64,000 nucleotides of DNA, taken from the NCBI GenBank assembly GCA_964459785.1, contig CAYWNW010000008.1:1443-65442 (forward strand). The letters are read 5' to 3'. This document shows, in pieces, positions 10,160 through 19,892 of the stretch (positions are counted from its first letter, which is position 1; the number at the start of each line of letters is the position of its first letter). The notes beneath the pieces were generated by a model. It was given only the letters and a program-made list of their open reading frames with translations, had not been told where the DNA came from and searched no databases. A program made the translations under genes and the position numbers. The stretch comes from an uncultured Oscillospiraceae bacterium (GTDB lineage: Bacteria; Bacillota; Clostridia; Oscillospirales; Oscillospiraceae).

Positions 10160-10509
10160 AAAGTTATCAAATTATGAGATAAGTTCCACTGATAAAGCTC
10201 TTGCATAACTTCAATAGAGAATATGCCATTTGTGTTGTTCAATTGCTTTTTTAGAAAATCAAATCGTTAAGGCGTCAGTTGCAAATTGTCTTATATGGCT
10301 GCCTTACAGTTGTAATAAAAAATTGTGATGATGGATATGCACTGGCCTTATCTATGAATATTCCGCGCGAGATTGAGCGCCTTGACCGGGCGAATTGTGC
10401 ACTGTAACCGCGCAGCTTGGGCATGGCTTCCGCGCCCGTTGGGCACTTGCAATATAATGTGAATATGCGCCGCTTACCGCGGTGTAAATATTCATAGGAG
10501 GTCATCAAC

Positions 10510-11186
10510 ATGACCAATTATCGCGAGGTTCTGAGGCTTAGTAGCCTCGGGCTCAACAAAGTGGAGATAGCCCAAAGCTGTGGCTGCTCAAGGAACACTG
10601 TAGCTGCAATATTGCAGCAAGCGGAGAGCTGTGGCTTAAAGTGGCCGCTGCCAGACTCTTTATCGGACAAGCATCTGGCAGAAATGATTTATCCTGCTGC
10701 ATCAGAAAAACCAGCCTTCAAAATGCCGGACTACGAGTATGTTCACCGTGAACTCCAGAAAAACGGCGTCACGCTGAATCTGCTGTGGCTGGAATACTGT
10801 GATGCCTGCAGGTCAGCAGGAGAGATACCATACCAGTCAACGCAGTTCAACAAATACTACAACGACTTTCTTGTGAAAAAGAACGCCACCATGCACCTGA
10901 ACCACAAGCCCGGTGAGATTATGCAGGTTGATTGGGCGGGAGATACGGGAACCGTAACAGATACGGATACAGGCGAAGCGATTCCAGCATACGTTTTTGT
11001 AGCCACACTGCCTTTCAGCGGCTACAGCTATGTGGAAGCGTTCTTTTCAATGAACCAGGAATGCTGGACGTCAGCTCACGTAAACGCCTACAGGTATTTC
11101 GGCGGAGTAGCCAGAATCATTCAGTGCGACAACCTGAAAACCGGAGTGGACAGGCACGGGCGCAATGAGGTTACTTTGAATCGAAC
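10510..11186 (+). pseudogene. istA: IS21-family transposase IstA, 5' fragment (about 226 codons); no istB
   Basis: N-terminal HTH (LNKVEIAQSCGCSRNTV) and a DDE core (MQVDWAG...CDNLKTGV...NRTY). The native sequence stops at about 11186-11190. The rest of the listed ORF (to 11289) is antisense read-through of hsdR. The fragment is GC-richer than the rest of the island. Confidence 0.8.
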
Positions 11187-12644
11187 CTATGTAGATTTAT
11201 CATCCTTTTCGATAGGAGTACCTGTAAATCCGATAAATGTTGCATTAGGTAACGCCTTTCTCATGTTCATGGAAAGGTTGGAATATTGACTTCTGTGTGC
11301 CTCGTCAGTAAAAACGATTACATTGGGCTTGTTGGTGAGCACTTCGATTTCCTTGTCGAAGAACAATGCTGAGGCTTGTGCTCCGTCCTCTAATACTGGG
11401 TTCTCATCAGACTTACATTGGAACTTCTGAATTGTAGTGCATATGATTTTTGCCTGCGCCTTAGACAACAGGGTTTTCATTTCCTGAACCGTTTCTGCTC
11501 TTGTAAGAATTTTGTCTAGATTGGATTCCGCAAGAGTATATTCAGAAGGGAACACCCTTGTAAAGGTCGCATAAAGTTGTTTATCCAAATCAATACGGTC
11601 TGTAATAATAACCAGCATAGAGTCCTGAAGTTCTTTGGTACGTCGTATCATCCTTGCGAGCATAACCATACTAAGCGATTTTCCCGAACCTTGTGTATGC
11701 CAGATGACCCCGCCTCTATCTAGCGGGGTTTTTCCGTTTTTAATTCTGGCAAGGGCTTTCATACAAGCACGGAACTGCTGATATCTTGCAAGTTTTTTTA
11801 TTCTTACATCGCCCTCAGTTTCATACATAATGAAAAACTGCATGACTTTCAGAAGATTATTCTTTTCAAGCAGACCTTGCAAAAACAGGTTTTGTCCGTT
11901 ATTTTCAATATCATCCATATCTTCTTTTTTAAAGGGATAAGGGTCTTTCCACTCCAGAAAGTAATCGTAACTGCTGCTGATTGTTCCAGCATAGGCATGA
12001 TACTTATTGATGATGCCCATGAAGAAGTTGGTATGGAACAGACGTTCCGCACCTTCAGATACGGAATCATCACGAATGTCCATGTACCTGCGAAGCTGAT
12101 TGTATGCGTCCTTTTTTCCAGCCTTAACATTTTCGGCATTCTCTTTAAAGGGAGATTTGGCTTCAATCACCACAACAGGTATACCGTTTATAAACAGAAC
12201 AATATCCGGAAAGATGGTTTTGTTTATACCCTGAACCTCATACTGGTTGGTTACTAAAAAGTCATTGTTTGATACATCATCAAAGTCTATGAATCGGACG
12301 GTCTGGTTCTTCTTCTGCCCATCAACAAACTGTGAAACGGTGAACTCAAGGTCAACGATTGTCTTATAGAGTTTTTCGTTAATTTCAAGAAGGGAAGTAC
12401 CAAGGGCTTCACTATTAATAAGAAACTTGACAGATGCATTTAATGAATCCTCGTTCATCCAAGGGTTCAGACGTTTTAAAGCAGCTCTTAACCTTTTGCC
12501 AAGAACGACATCACGAAAGGACTCCCTTTCACCATAAGTAGGAGCCAGTTTTTCGCCCTCTATGTAATCATAGCCAAGCTGATTAATGAGATAATCAATC
12601 GCAGGCTTTTCAACTAGGGTATATTCATTGCCTAAGTTTGCCAT
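11187..12644 (-). pseudogene. hsdR: Type I restriction enzyme R subunit HsdR, 3'-truncated (N-terminal 485 aa only)
   Basis: PD-(D/E)xK nuclease motif DIVLFINGIPVVVIEAKS, helicase motif I TQGSGKS, motif II TDEAHRSQ and motif III FTGTPI are present. The ORF stops right after motif III, so RecA lobe 2 and the C-terminal domain are absent. Confidence 0.85.
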
Positions 12645-12675
12645 TAAGCGTACGCCCCTTTTACTGAAATTGTAG

Positions 12676-13896
12676 TTACTGCATTACTCGGATTTTTCCC
12701 GTTAAGAGTTGTTCCATAAGAGCTTTTTTAAGCTGGATGAAATTTTCTCGTTGTTCAAGATAAATGTTTATATGTTTATCAAATTCCGATAGGATTAAAG
12801 CTATTTCTGCCTGTTCAACTAACGGAGGTTGTGCTATTTTGCTCTCTTTAAGAGATTTAAAATGCCTGTGATAACCTTGATTAACAATTGGAGTATTTTG
12901 TAATATGTAGTAGAAGAACCTATCATTAAATTTGCTGTTATCTGCCTTTAATATCTGAGTTCCATCTGCACCAACCGCAAATCTGAAGTCTACATATTTT
13001 ACAATTCTCGTATGGTCACCAAATACAATTACGGGTAGCTCCCCTTTGTATAGTTTTTCTTCATCATTTGTATAACCACAGATATTTTGTTGCCCTTGGT
13101 CAACTATCGGATAACTCCCGAGAGCTAAATACTCATTAGTTTTTAGCTGCTTGTATTGACTTTTTGTTTGTTTAATAAATGCTTCTTCAACCGTTAATAC
13201 TATCCACGATTTTGGTATTTTCCCAATCTCAGTATCTTTATACTCATTATGACCGATACCCTCTGTAAGAAGCTTTTTCATTATGCCTTTTTTAAGAAGC
13301 TGATAGTCCTCGATAGTCTTGTCCAGCCTCTCAATATGTTCATCTGTTGCGGAGAGAATTTCGGCTATGCGTTGTTGCTCATATTCTGTAGGAATGCATA
13401 TAATTAATGACTTTATATCCTTTAGTATAATTCTCCGTATTGCGGAACCCTTTTTCATATTAATTAATTTATTAATAGTTGACTCTGCCATAAGGTATTG
13501 AGATAGAAATGATGGGAATAAAACTTCAGTATTGGGCCTAATAATTGCAATAGATGACAACAATACAATATTATTATTTTGTTGTCTGAACAACATAATT
13601 TTTCCAATAGTTCCATCTTTAGACAGTAACACATCATCATACAATGGCCTACACCCATTTTTTTCTAGTTTATCAAAATCAGCTTTATCTATTGGTGTTA
13701 ACGATTCTAAATCAAAACCCTCTTTTTTCATATGTACAACAGTAGCAATATAATATTTTGATGAGTTTATTGGAGCTGGTGATGAATGAGAGCCATCAGT
13801 TATTGTTAAACAACTATCTTTCAAAGATTTTACTAACCAATTATCGGGTATAATGCCGACTTCTGTTTTCTTATACCCATCTTTTATCATCTTCAT
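12676..13896 (-). CDS. hsdS: Type I R-M specificity subunit HsdS (two target-recognition domains)
   Basis: 406 aa with two-TRD organisation, conserved central (EQQRIAEILS..D..I) and C-terminal (EQAEIALILSEFD...LLTGKIRV) helices. It lies between hsdM and hsdR. Confidence 0.85.
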   Translation of the reverse strand: MKMIKDGYKKTEVGIIPDNWLVKSLKDSCLTITDGSHSSPAPINSSKYYIATVVHMKKEGFDLESLTPIDKADFDKLEKNGCRPLYDDVLLSKDGTIGKIMLFRQQNNNIVLLSSIAIIRPNTEVLFPSFLSQYLMAESTINKLINMKKGSAIRRIILKDIKSLIICIPTEYEQQRIAEILSATDEHIERLDKTIEDYQLLKKGIMKKLLTEGIGHNEYKDTEIGKIPKSWIVLTVEEAFIKQTKSQYKQLKTNEYLALGSYPIVDQGQQNICGYTNDEEKLYKGELPVIVFGDHTRIVKYVDFRFAVGADGTQILKADNSKFNDRFFYYILQNTPIVNQGYHRHFKSLKESKIAQPPLVEQAEIALILSEFDKHINIYLEQRENFIQLKKALMEQLLTGKIRVMQ

Positions 13897-13907
13897 CTCT
13901 TTCCCAC

Positions 13908-15419
13908 CTATATCCTTTCAAAGCCAAGCTGTTGCAGGAATGAGTTGATTTTTTCTTTAGAATCAGCAATTTCCTGTTCTCTTTCAGAAATTCTACTGAT
14001 GACTTCTTCGATGTTGATTTCTTCTTCTTCCTCGGATGTATCAACGTATCTTGTTATATTAAGATTATATTCATTTTTCTGGATTTCTTCCAAGGATGCT
14101 ACCTTAGCAAATTTATCTTCATCCGAAAAAGCTTTATAAGCAGCAACAATATGCTCAATATCTTCTGGTCTGAGTTTGTTTTTATTACCGTCTTTCACAA
14201 AGCCCTGTGAAGCCTCGATAAACAGAACCTTGCCCTTTTTCTCCGCAGGCTTATTCTTATTCAAAATAATAACCGCAGCCGGAATGGATGCTCCATAAAA
14301 CAGGTTGTTGGGGAATCCGATAACTGCTTCAAACAGGTCATCCTCAAGAATTCCTTGCCTAATTTTACCCTCTTCTCCTCCTCGAAACAGAATACCGTGA
14401 GGAACGACACTTGCCATGATGCCCTTAGAGTTTAACGATGCAAGCATATGCTGAACAAAAGCCAAATCTCCATAAGAGGATGGAGCAACTCCGTAATTGA
14501 ATCGACTATAATCATTCTTTTCCGCAATTTCTCTACCCCAGTTTTTGAGAGAAAACGGAGGATTACTCAAAACCATATCAAAGGTTTTGAGAATAGAACC
14601 CTCTGTGTTTTTTGGTTCTCTTATAGTGTCGCCTTTCCAAATGGTTGCGCCAGACACGTCATGGAGCAGCATATTAAGCTTTGCAATGGCCCAAGTAGTA
14701 AGGTTGATTTCCTGCCCAAACAATTGCAAATTCCTGTGATTTTGATTGTTAGCTTTGACATACTCGATTGTGCTGATTAAAAAGCCACCAGAGCCAGCAC
14801 ATGGGTCGTAAATGCTCATGCCTTCCTTAGGCTTTAGCAGTTTAACCATGACCTCTTTTATCTCTTTTGGGGTATAGAATTCTCCACCCTTTGTTCCGCC
14901 ATCGTCGGCAAACTGTTTTATGAGGTACATATATGCATCACCTAGGATGTCGGGGGTTTCTAATCCATCGTTGGAAAGGTTCATTGCGTCAAATATTTGA
15001 ATAAGCTGATTGAGTTTGCCGTCCGGAACTCTTTCCTTATCATTATAGTTGGCAGTTGTAAGAACTCCGACGAGCTCGGAGTTTCTGGGTTCATCCTCAA
15101 TTGCCTTAAAAGCCTTGTCCAATTCAGCGCCAATATTGAGGTTGAGGTCTTTGAAGATATCCCATCTTGCCTGCTTGGGGATGAAAAAAGTTTTATAGGC
15201 TTTAGCATCCTCTAATACTTTCTCTAAGGCATCTTCCGGAAGCTTTGAGAATTGTTGTTTTTTCTCTTCTCGTTCTGCACTAAACTGGTCATTTATTCTT
15301 TTCAAAAAAAGCATACCAAATATGTATTCCATATATTGCGAAGAATTGAGCGTACCTCTTAAGATATCAGCGCAATCCCATAGCTTTTTCTCAAGTGTTG
15401 CTAAATCTATCTTTTGCAT
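13908..15419 (-). CDS. hsdM: Type I R-M N6-adenine DNA methyltransferase HsdM
   Basis: 503 aa with an HsdM N-terminal helical domain, the SAM motif DPCAGSGGF and the catalytic NPPF (VLSNPPFSLKNW). Confidence 0.9.
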   Translation of the reverse strand: MQKIDLATLEKKLWDCADILRGTLNSSQYMEYIFGMLFLKRINDQFSAEREEKKQQFSKLPEDALEKVLEDAKAYKTFFIPKQARWDIFKDLNLNIGAELDKAFKAIEDEPRNSELVGVLTTANYNDKERVPDGKLNQLIQIFDAMNLSNDGLETPDILGDAYMYLIKQFADDGGTKGGEFYTPKEIKEVMVKLLKPKEGMSIYDPCAGSGGFLISTIEYVKANNQNHRNLQLFGQEINLTTWAIAKLNMLLHDVSGATIWKGDTIREPKNTEGSILKTFDMVLSNPPFSLKNWGREIAEKNDYSRFNYGVAPSSYGDLAFVQHMLASLNSKGIMASVVPHGILFRGGEEGKIRQGILEDDLFEAVIGFPNNLFYGASIPAAVIILNKNKPAEKKGKVLFIEASQGFVKDGNKNKLRPEDIEHIVAAYKAFSDEDKFAKVASLEEIQKNEYNLNITRYVDTSEEEEEINIEEVISRISEREQEIADSKEKINSFLQQLGFERI

Positions 15420-15567
15420 AATAAAATGCCTCCATAATTAATAATTGCGGTCTTTTTATACAATAGCATCATTTTCGGACTTTTACAAATAATTAATACC
15501 TTATTTTATACCAATATGGAGATAATTGGAATATAAAGCGGTTATAAAAAGCATAGACTGGCCGAAA

Positions 15568-15600
15568 AAATCCTTAAGCCCAAACAGGACTTAAGGATTT
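15568..15600 (-). terminator. Rho-independent terminator after the HEPN gene (minus strand)
   Basis: AAATCCTTAAG / CTTAAGGATTT stem with an 11-nt loop. On the minus-strand transcript it is followed by a U-run (plus-strand A6 at 15565-15570). It separates the DUF262-HEPN unit from hsdM. Confidence 0.65.
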
Positions 15601-15679
15601 TCCTTGACTTTCGCAATATTTTGTATGTGCTTTTGAAGTAGACTAGAGAATTATATAGATAGCATTATTGCGACTTTTA

Positions 15680-16234
15680 TTATACGCTTAGACTATCAAC
15701 CATAAATTCAACGAATATAATTGCACTTGTATGTAGAGATTCTACATTTTCAAAAGTCTTTGCTTCCAAAGCATCATTCATAGATATTAAATCATTGTGG
15801 GCTAAAGAGTTTCTCAACGAACACATTTCTTGAAAAGCTTTCATGCTGCGCTCTAACGTTTCGTCTGCCGAAATTTCGTGTACTAGTGTTTCTTTAAATT
15901 CTTTGCCCAGATAGGCAAGAGGGCTTAAAAAAGCGTTTGCCTCTTTAAGCTTGTCTCGTCCAAAGTCGAACATTTTGAAAAACGAAAACATTTCCAGATA
16001 TCCGAAACCATGTGGTTTTGATTTATATTTCTTTGCATGTGTTTGCGAGTAAGATTTTAAAGACAGTGTTATTTGTGTTTCATAGTAACTTGCGCAAGAT
16101 AAGACAAACATTTTTTTTAAATGACGCTGAATGTGCTGTGCTACGGACGGTTCTTCTGGAAATACCTTATCCTGAATAAACTTATAATCTTCTATCATCT
16201 CTCCAATAGCCGAGAGTGAATTGGGTGTATCCAT
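15680..16234 (-). CDS. Small HEPN-domain protein (Rx4H motif), putative RNase effector
   Basis: 184 aa with helical composition. RNSLAH at residues 141-146 (nt 15797-15814) fits the HEPN Rx4-6H signature. The start lies 14 nt downstream of the DUF262 gene stop. Confidence 0.6.
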   Translation of the reverse strand: MDTPNSLSAIGEMIEDYKFIQDKVFPEEPSVAQHIQRHLKKMFVLSCASYYETQITLSLKSYSQTHAKKYKSKPHGFGYLEMFSFFKMFDFGRDKLKEANAFLSPLAYLGKEFKETLVHEISADETLERSMKAFQEMCSLRNSLAHNDLISMNDALEAKTFENVESLHTSAIIFVEFMVDSLSV

Positions 16235-16248
16235 TACTCCCCCTCCAA

Positions 16249-17436
16249 CTATTGCAAGATAATAGACTCAATAGCCTTTTCAATTCTCTTTTTTACATGT
16301 GCCGGTTGAGCGGTTCGCTGCTGAGACGCATTGAAAAATTCATTATCATTTTTCAAATCGCGAAGACTTCCTGATAATATGGTTCTTTCATTTAACCCAT
16401 TTATCTGAATTTCCCTGCAGACTGCAACGAAAACGGCTTCAAAATAGGAAATTACAAATTTCCCATTTTCATTTTTAAATGAGTTTTTATCCAACGCTCG
16501 GCAACTGGTCCAAAAATCGGTAAACAACCTTGATAATTCATCGATTTTATCGGCATCATAGTTTTTAGCAGTTTCCGAATATCTATTAAGGAATACTCGC
16601 ATTGGAGATTTGTATTCTTCATACATCTCTAGCATAGCGAATGCCCTTATTAACACTTCTACTTCATTCATATGCAAATCGGGTTCTTTTTTTCCAAGGA
16701 AAGTTCGCCAAGCCGGATAACGATTCAATTCAATAACTTTGTCATAAAAAGAGGAATAAAAAAGGCTCATTCTGATTTCTTGCGGTTCGAGTGTAACACC
16801 GCCGCTGTTAAGCCTGCTGAATATTTCAAACATTGATGAATAATTATCGTCGGGTGCTAACTGGCGTATCGTAATCGTACGAATAGTTCTGTTAAAATCG
16901 AAACTCGCTTTAAAATCGAACTCTCTATTTGAAGGAAGTGTGTCATAGTTTTTCCCGTTTAATGGATTCTTTTCATTCGATGCTGATGGTAACTTCAAGT
17001 TAAAATCTTCAAAATTTTCGCCAGATAAATCCTCAGGAGGGATTTCTTTACCTCTGGATAAAAAATTTCTAATAATGGCTCTTCCTGTATCATTTTTTGG
17101 AAAACGCTTATTTTTAAACAAATATATAGTTACAAGGCGTTGCTGACCATCAATTACAAGAAAATCGTTACGTGCTTGCTCAAAAATGAATATCTGGGGA
17201 ATTGGTAAGCCTATAATTATGGATTCAATAAACTTTGATGCCATATCTTTTTTCCAGATATAATTTCGCTGAAATGATGGTATTTTTATATATCCGCGTT
17301 GAATAAGGTTCATAATAACCGATATGTTATAATCGTTAGGAAGGCAATCCACCTCATATGGCTTAATGGTCAATTCCCCCTCATCAGTTTCTTCCTCAAA
17401 AACAACTTCATTCTTATTATTTTGACCGTAAGACAT
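16249..17436 (-). CDS. DUF262 (ParB-like N-terminal nuclease/NTPase fold) protein without a DUF1524/HNH domain
   Basis: 395 aa with the DUF262 signatures IPSFQRNYIW and VIDGQQRLVTIY. The C-terminal half is helical and has no His-Me finger motif. Confidence 0.8.
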   Translation of the reverse strand: MSYGQNNKNEVVFEEETDEGELTIKPYEVDCLPNDYNISVIMNLIQRGYIKIPSFQRNYIWKKDMASKFIESIIIGLPIPQIFIFEQARNDFLVIDGQQRLVTIYLFKNKRFPKNDTGRAIIRNFLSRGKEIPPEDLSGENFEDFNLKLPSASNEKNPLNGKNYDTLPSNREFDFKASFDFNRTIRTITIRQLAPDDNYSSMFEIFSRLNSGGVTLEPQEIRMSLFYSSFYDKVIELNRYPAWRTFLGKKEPDLHMNEVEVLIRAFAMLEMYEEYKSPMRVFLNRYSETAKNYDADKIDELSRLFTDFWTSCRALDKNSFKNENGKFVISYFEAVFVAVCREIQINGLNERTILSGSLRDLKNDNEFFNASQQRTAQPAHVKKRIEKAIESIILQ

Positions 17437-17912
17437 GAGTTTAGTCCTCCTTATTATATGAATATTAAAGTTCAGTCATTCATGCACACCAAATATTGCT
17501 AAATTATATCATTGTTTTTAAAAAACCGCTACTATTATCGTTTGATATTAATTGCAAATCAGCATCTATAAGTGTTTTTACGACTGTATCTTAATAAAGT
17601 TGTATCTTGCTACTCACATTTTCTGTTAATTCAATATTAATTTATATATGACTGAGCCCTGTTATGTTTGTTAGGCTCTGGCTTCGTTGAATTTCCGAAA
17701 TTCCTCTATTTTGAGTTAATTCAAATTTTTGGGATGTTGGGCATTAATGTCCGCAATCTCCACGATATAAAGCCCTGTATACTGATTGCTCTATGGCATT
17801 TGGCATTAATAATGAGCTTGGAAGCCATCAAAGGTGTCGGTACTTCTTTCCAAAAGGAACACAAACCAGCATAGACCTGTTAGGCAAAAAGGAGCAGGAA
17901 GCTAAAACTGAT

Positions 17913-18071
17913 ATGAATAGAGATTACGAATATCTGCGCCATACGATTGATATGGTAAGGAAATCGATGGGATGTATGGATGAAATGCAGAGCGCACTGC
18001 TGAGGCTCAATGCATCGGCCCAAAGAGTGTGCGGAATAGTATTGGAAAAACTCTGCAAAGGAGGAGTTTAA
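17913..18071 (+). CDS. Hypothetical 52-aa protein, first gene of the Zn-ribbon operon
   Basis: ATG at 17913 within the listed 17793 ORF. The stop lies 1 nt before the next gene start. There is no recognisable motif, and the coding status is uncertain. Confidence 0.35.
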   Translation: MNRDYEYLRHTIDMVRKSMGCMDEMQSALLRLNASAQRVCGIVLEKLCKGGV

Positions 18072-18072
18072 A

Positions 18073-18813
18073 TTGAACCAAACTAAAACGGGTCGCCCAT
18101 CAAAGGCTACCGAGTTAACGAAAATAGCTCTTGTAGATGAATATTTTCACCTTGTTGTCAAAGGCAACGCCAATGAACTGCAATACAATAAAATAGCGTT
18201 GTTCGCACAAAAAAAAGGCTATGAACTTTCTGAAATTGATTTCCGTCGCAAGAATTCAGATACTCGCAAACATATTGAGATACTCAAATCTAGGCAAAAT
18301 GAACAAGCTCAAGCCTTAGAGATTCCTGCTTATGTGCCATGGAATATTGATGTCTTACTTAACAAGAAACCATGTACGAATGCGGAAATTCGCAAATGGG
18401 TCTTACAGCATGAAGAGGTACATAAGGCTTTGATTATGTCTTCTGCATGGGCTATTGAACAGTATGAAAGTCAAAGAACGGAAATCTGCGTCTTAAAGGA
18501 AAGAGTCAAGAATCTCGAAAGCATTAATCAAGAAATGGAAGAAAACCTGACTAATACTCAACAAGAGTTAGTCAAATCAAAGGGCAAATGCACTGTCTTA
18601 TTGCAGCATTGGAATGATATTGCGCCACAGACTCATATCGCTAATATAGCTTTTTCACAGAAAACAAGTGAAAATAGAGAGATAATAAGTTTGACGGATT
18701 ACATTTTTAAGGATGTAAAAATACAGGATGATGCGCACGTGAATATGGCTAAAGATACGGAAATAGACAACCTAATAAAAGAGCTAAGGAAAGGACTTAA
18801 GGCGGATAATTAA
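18073..18813 (+). CDS. Hypothetical protein: N-terminal HTH-like TGRPSK segment plus a long coiled coil
   Basis: 246-aa ORF with a TTG start, tightly coupled to both neighbouring genes. No catalytic motif was recognised. Confidence 0.55.
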   Translation: MNQTKTGRPSKATELTKIALVDEYFHLVVKGNANELQYNKIALFAQKKGYELSEIDFRRKNSDTRKHIEILKSRQNEQAQALEIPAYVPWNIDVLLNKKPCTNAEIRKWVLQHEEVHKALIMSSAWAIEQYESQRTEICVLKERVKNLESINQEMEENLTNTQQELVKSKGKCTVLLQHWNDIAPQTHIANIAFSQKTSENREIISLTDYIFKDVKIQDDAHVNMAKDTEIDNLIKELRKGLKADN

Positions 18814-18814
18814 T

Positions 18815-19876
18815 ATGACAGCGTTACTAAAAAACGCGAACCCCGAGCTGTTTGCTCAACTTCTGAATAAAAAGAATTCTGATATAAATGTTGACTTACT
18901 AAAACAATATAGCCATAACATCGTGTGGTGGCGCTGTGTATATGGACATGAATGGCAAGCAACAGTATATAGCCGTTCTGCAGGGCAAGGTTGTCCCTTT
19001 TGCAGTAGAAAAAAAGTAATTGTGGGAGAAACGGATTTGGCAACAGTAAATCCTGTGCTTGCTGCCCAATGGCACCCAATCAAAAATGGAGAGCTTTACT
19101 CTACGGATGTTCCAGAGCAAAGCTGCAAGAAGGTTTGGTGGGTATGTGAGTATGGACATGAATGGCAAGCAATAGTAAGTAATCGTTCAAAAGGGCGTGG
19201 CTGCCCCGTTTGCAGCGGATATAAAGTAATTGTGGGAGAAACGGATTTAGCAACAGTAAATCCTGTGCTTGCTGCCCAATGGCACCCAATCAAAAATGGA
19301 GAGCTTTACTCTACGGATGTTTCTGAGCAAAGCAACAAAAAGGTTTGGTGGGTATGTGAACATGGTCATGAATGGCAAGCACATGTAAGTAATCGTTCAA
19401 AAGGGCATGGCTGCCCCTTTTGCGGTGGAAAAAAAGTAATTGTGGGAAAAACGGATTTGGCAACAGTAAATCCTGTGCTTGCTACCCAATGGCACCCAAT
19501 CAAAAATGGAGAGCTCTACTCTACGGATGTTTTTAAGCAAAGCCACAAGAAGGTTTGGTGGTTATGTGAACATGGGCATGAATGGCAAGCAACAGTGAAA
19601 AGTCGTTTTGAAGGAAGAGGCTGTCCATACTGCTATGGTAGAATAGCAATTGAAGGTGAAACGGATTTAGCAACAGTAAACCCTGTGCTTGCCGCCCAGG
19701 TGCATCCAACAAGAAATGGGAATCTTAAAGCTATAGATGTTACTGAAAAAAGTGGCAAAAAAGTTTGGTGGTTATGTGACCATGGACATGAATGGCGAGC
19801 AACCGTAATTAAACGTTCTTATGGAAATGATTGTCCATTTTGTTCTGGAAGAAGATATAGTCCAAATCACATTTAA
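18815..19876 (+). CDS. Protein made of five tandem treble-clef zinc-ribbon repeats (DUF4379-like)
   Basis: 353 aa with a five-fold repeat of WWxCxxGHEWQAxVxxRSxGxGCPxC plus the linker ETDLATVNPVLAAQWHPIKNGELYSTDV..S.KKV. Confidence 0.75.
   Translation: MTALLKNANPELFAQLLNKKNSDINVDLLKQYSHNIVWWRCVYGHEWQATVYSRSAGQGCPFCSRKKVIVGETDLATVNPVLAAQWHPIKNGELYSTDVPEQSCKKVWWVCEYGHEWQAIVSNRSKGRGCPVCSGYKVIVGETDLATVNPVLAAQWHPIKNGELYSTDVSEQSNKKVWWVCEHGHEWQAHVSNRSKGHGCPFCGGKKVIVGKTDLATVNPVLATQWHPIKNGELYSTDVFKQSHKKVWWLCEHGHEWQATVKSRFEGRGCPYCYGRIAIEGETDLATVNPVLAAQVHPTRNGNLKAIDVTEKSGKKVWWLCDHGHEWRATVIKRSYGNDCPFCSGRRYSPNHI
18925..19850 (+). repeat. About 4.4 tandem copies of a 210-bp unit inside the first Zn-ribbon gene
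   Basis: GTAATTGTGGGAGAAACGGATTT recurs at 19016, 19226 and 19436, with a diverged copy at 19646. The three central units differ at only scattered positions. Confidence 0.85.
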
Positions 19877-19892
19877 AAAAGGAGTAAGAGCA

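Noticed and set aside
10060-10242. A 60-aa minus-strand ORF at the island left end.
   Set aside because: It has no RBS, overlaps the terminal repeat motifs, and its composition is typical of AT-rich non-coding DNA.
18925-19850. Possible CRISPR array. I also considered the repeats at 77-193 and 53848-54197.
   Set aside because: The 210-bp and 190-bp units are contiguous tandem repeats without unique spacers, and they lie in a coding gene and a riboswitch respectively. The 17-nt repeats are too short, with 12-24 nt irregular spacers. There are no cas genes in the window.
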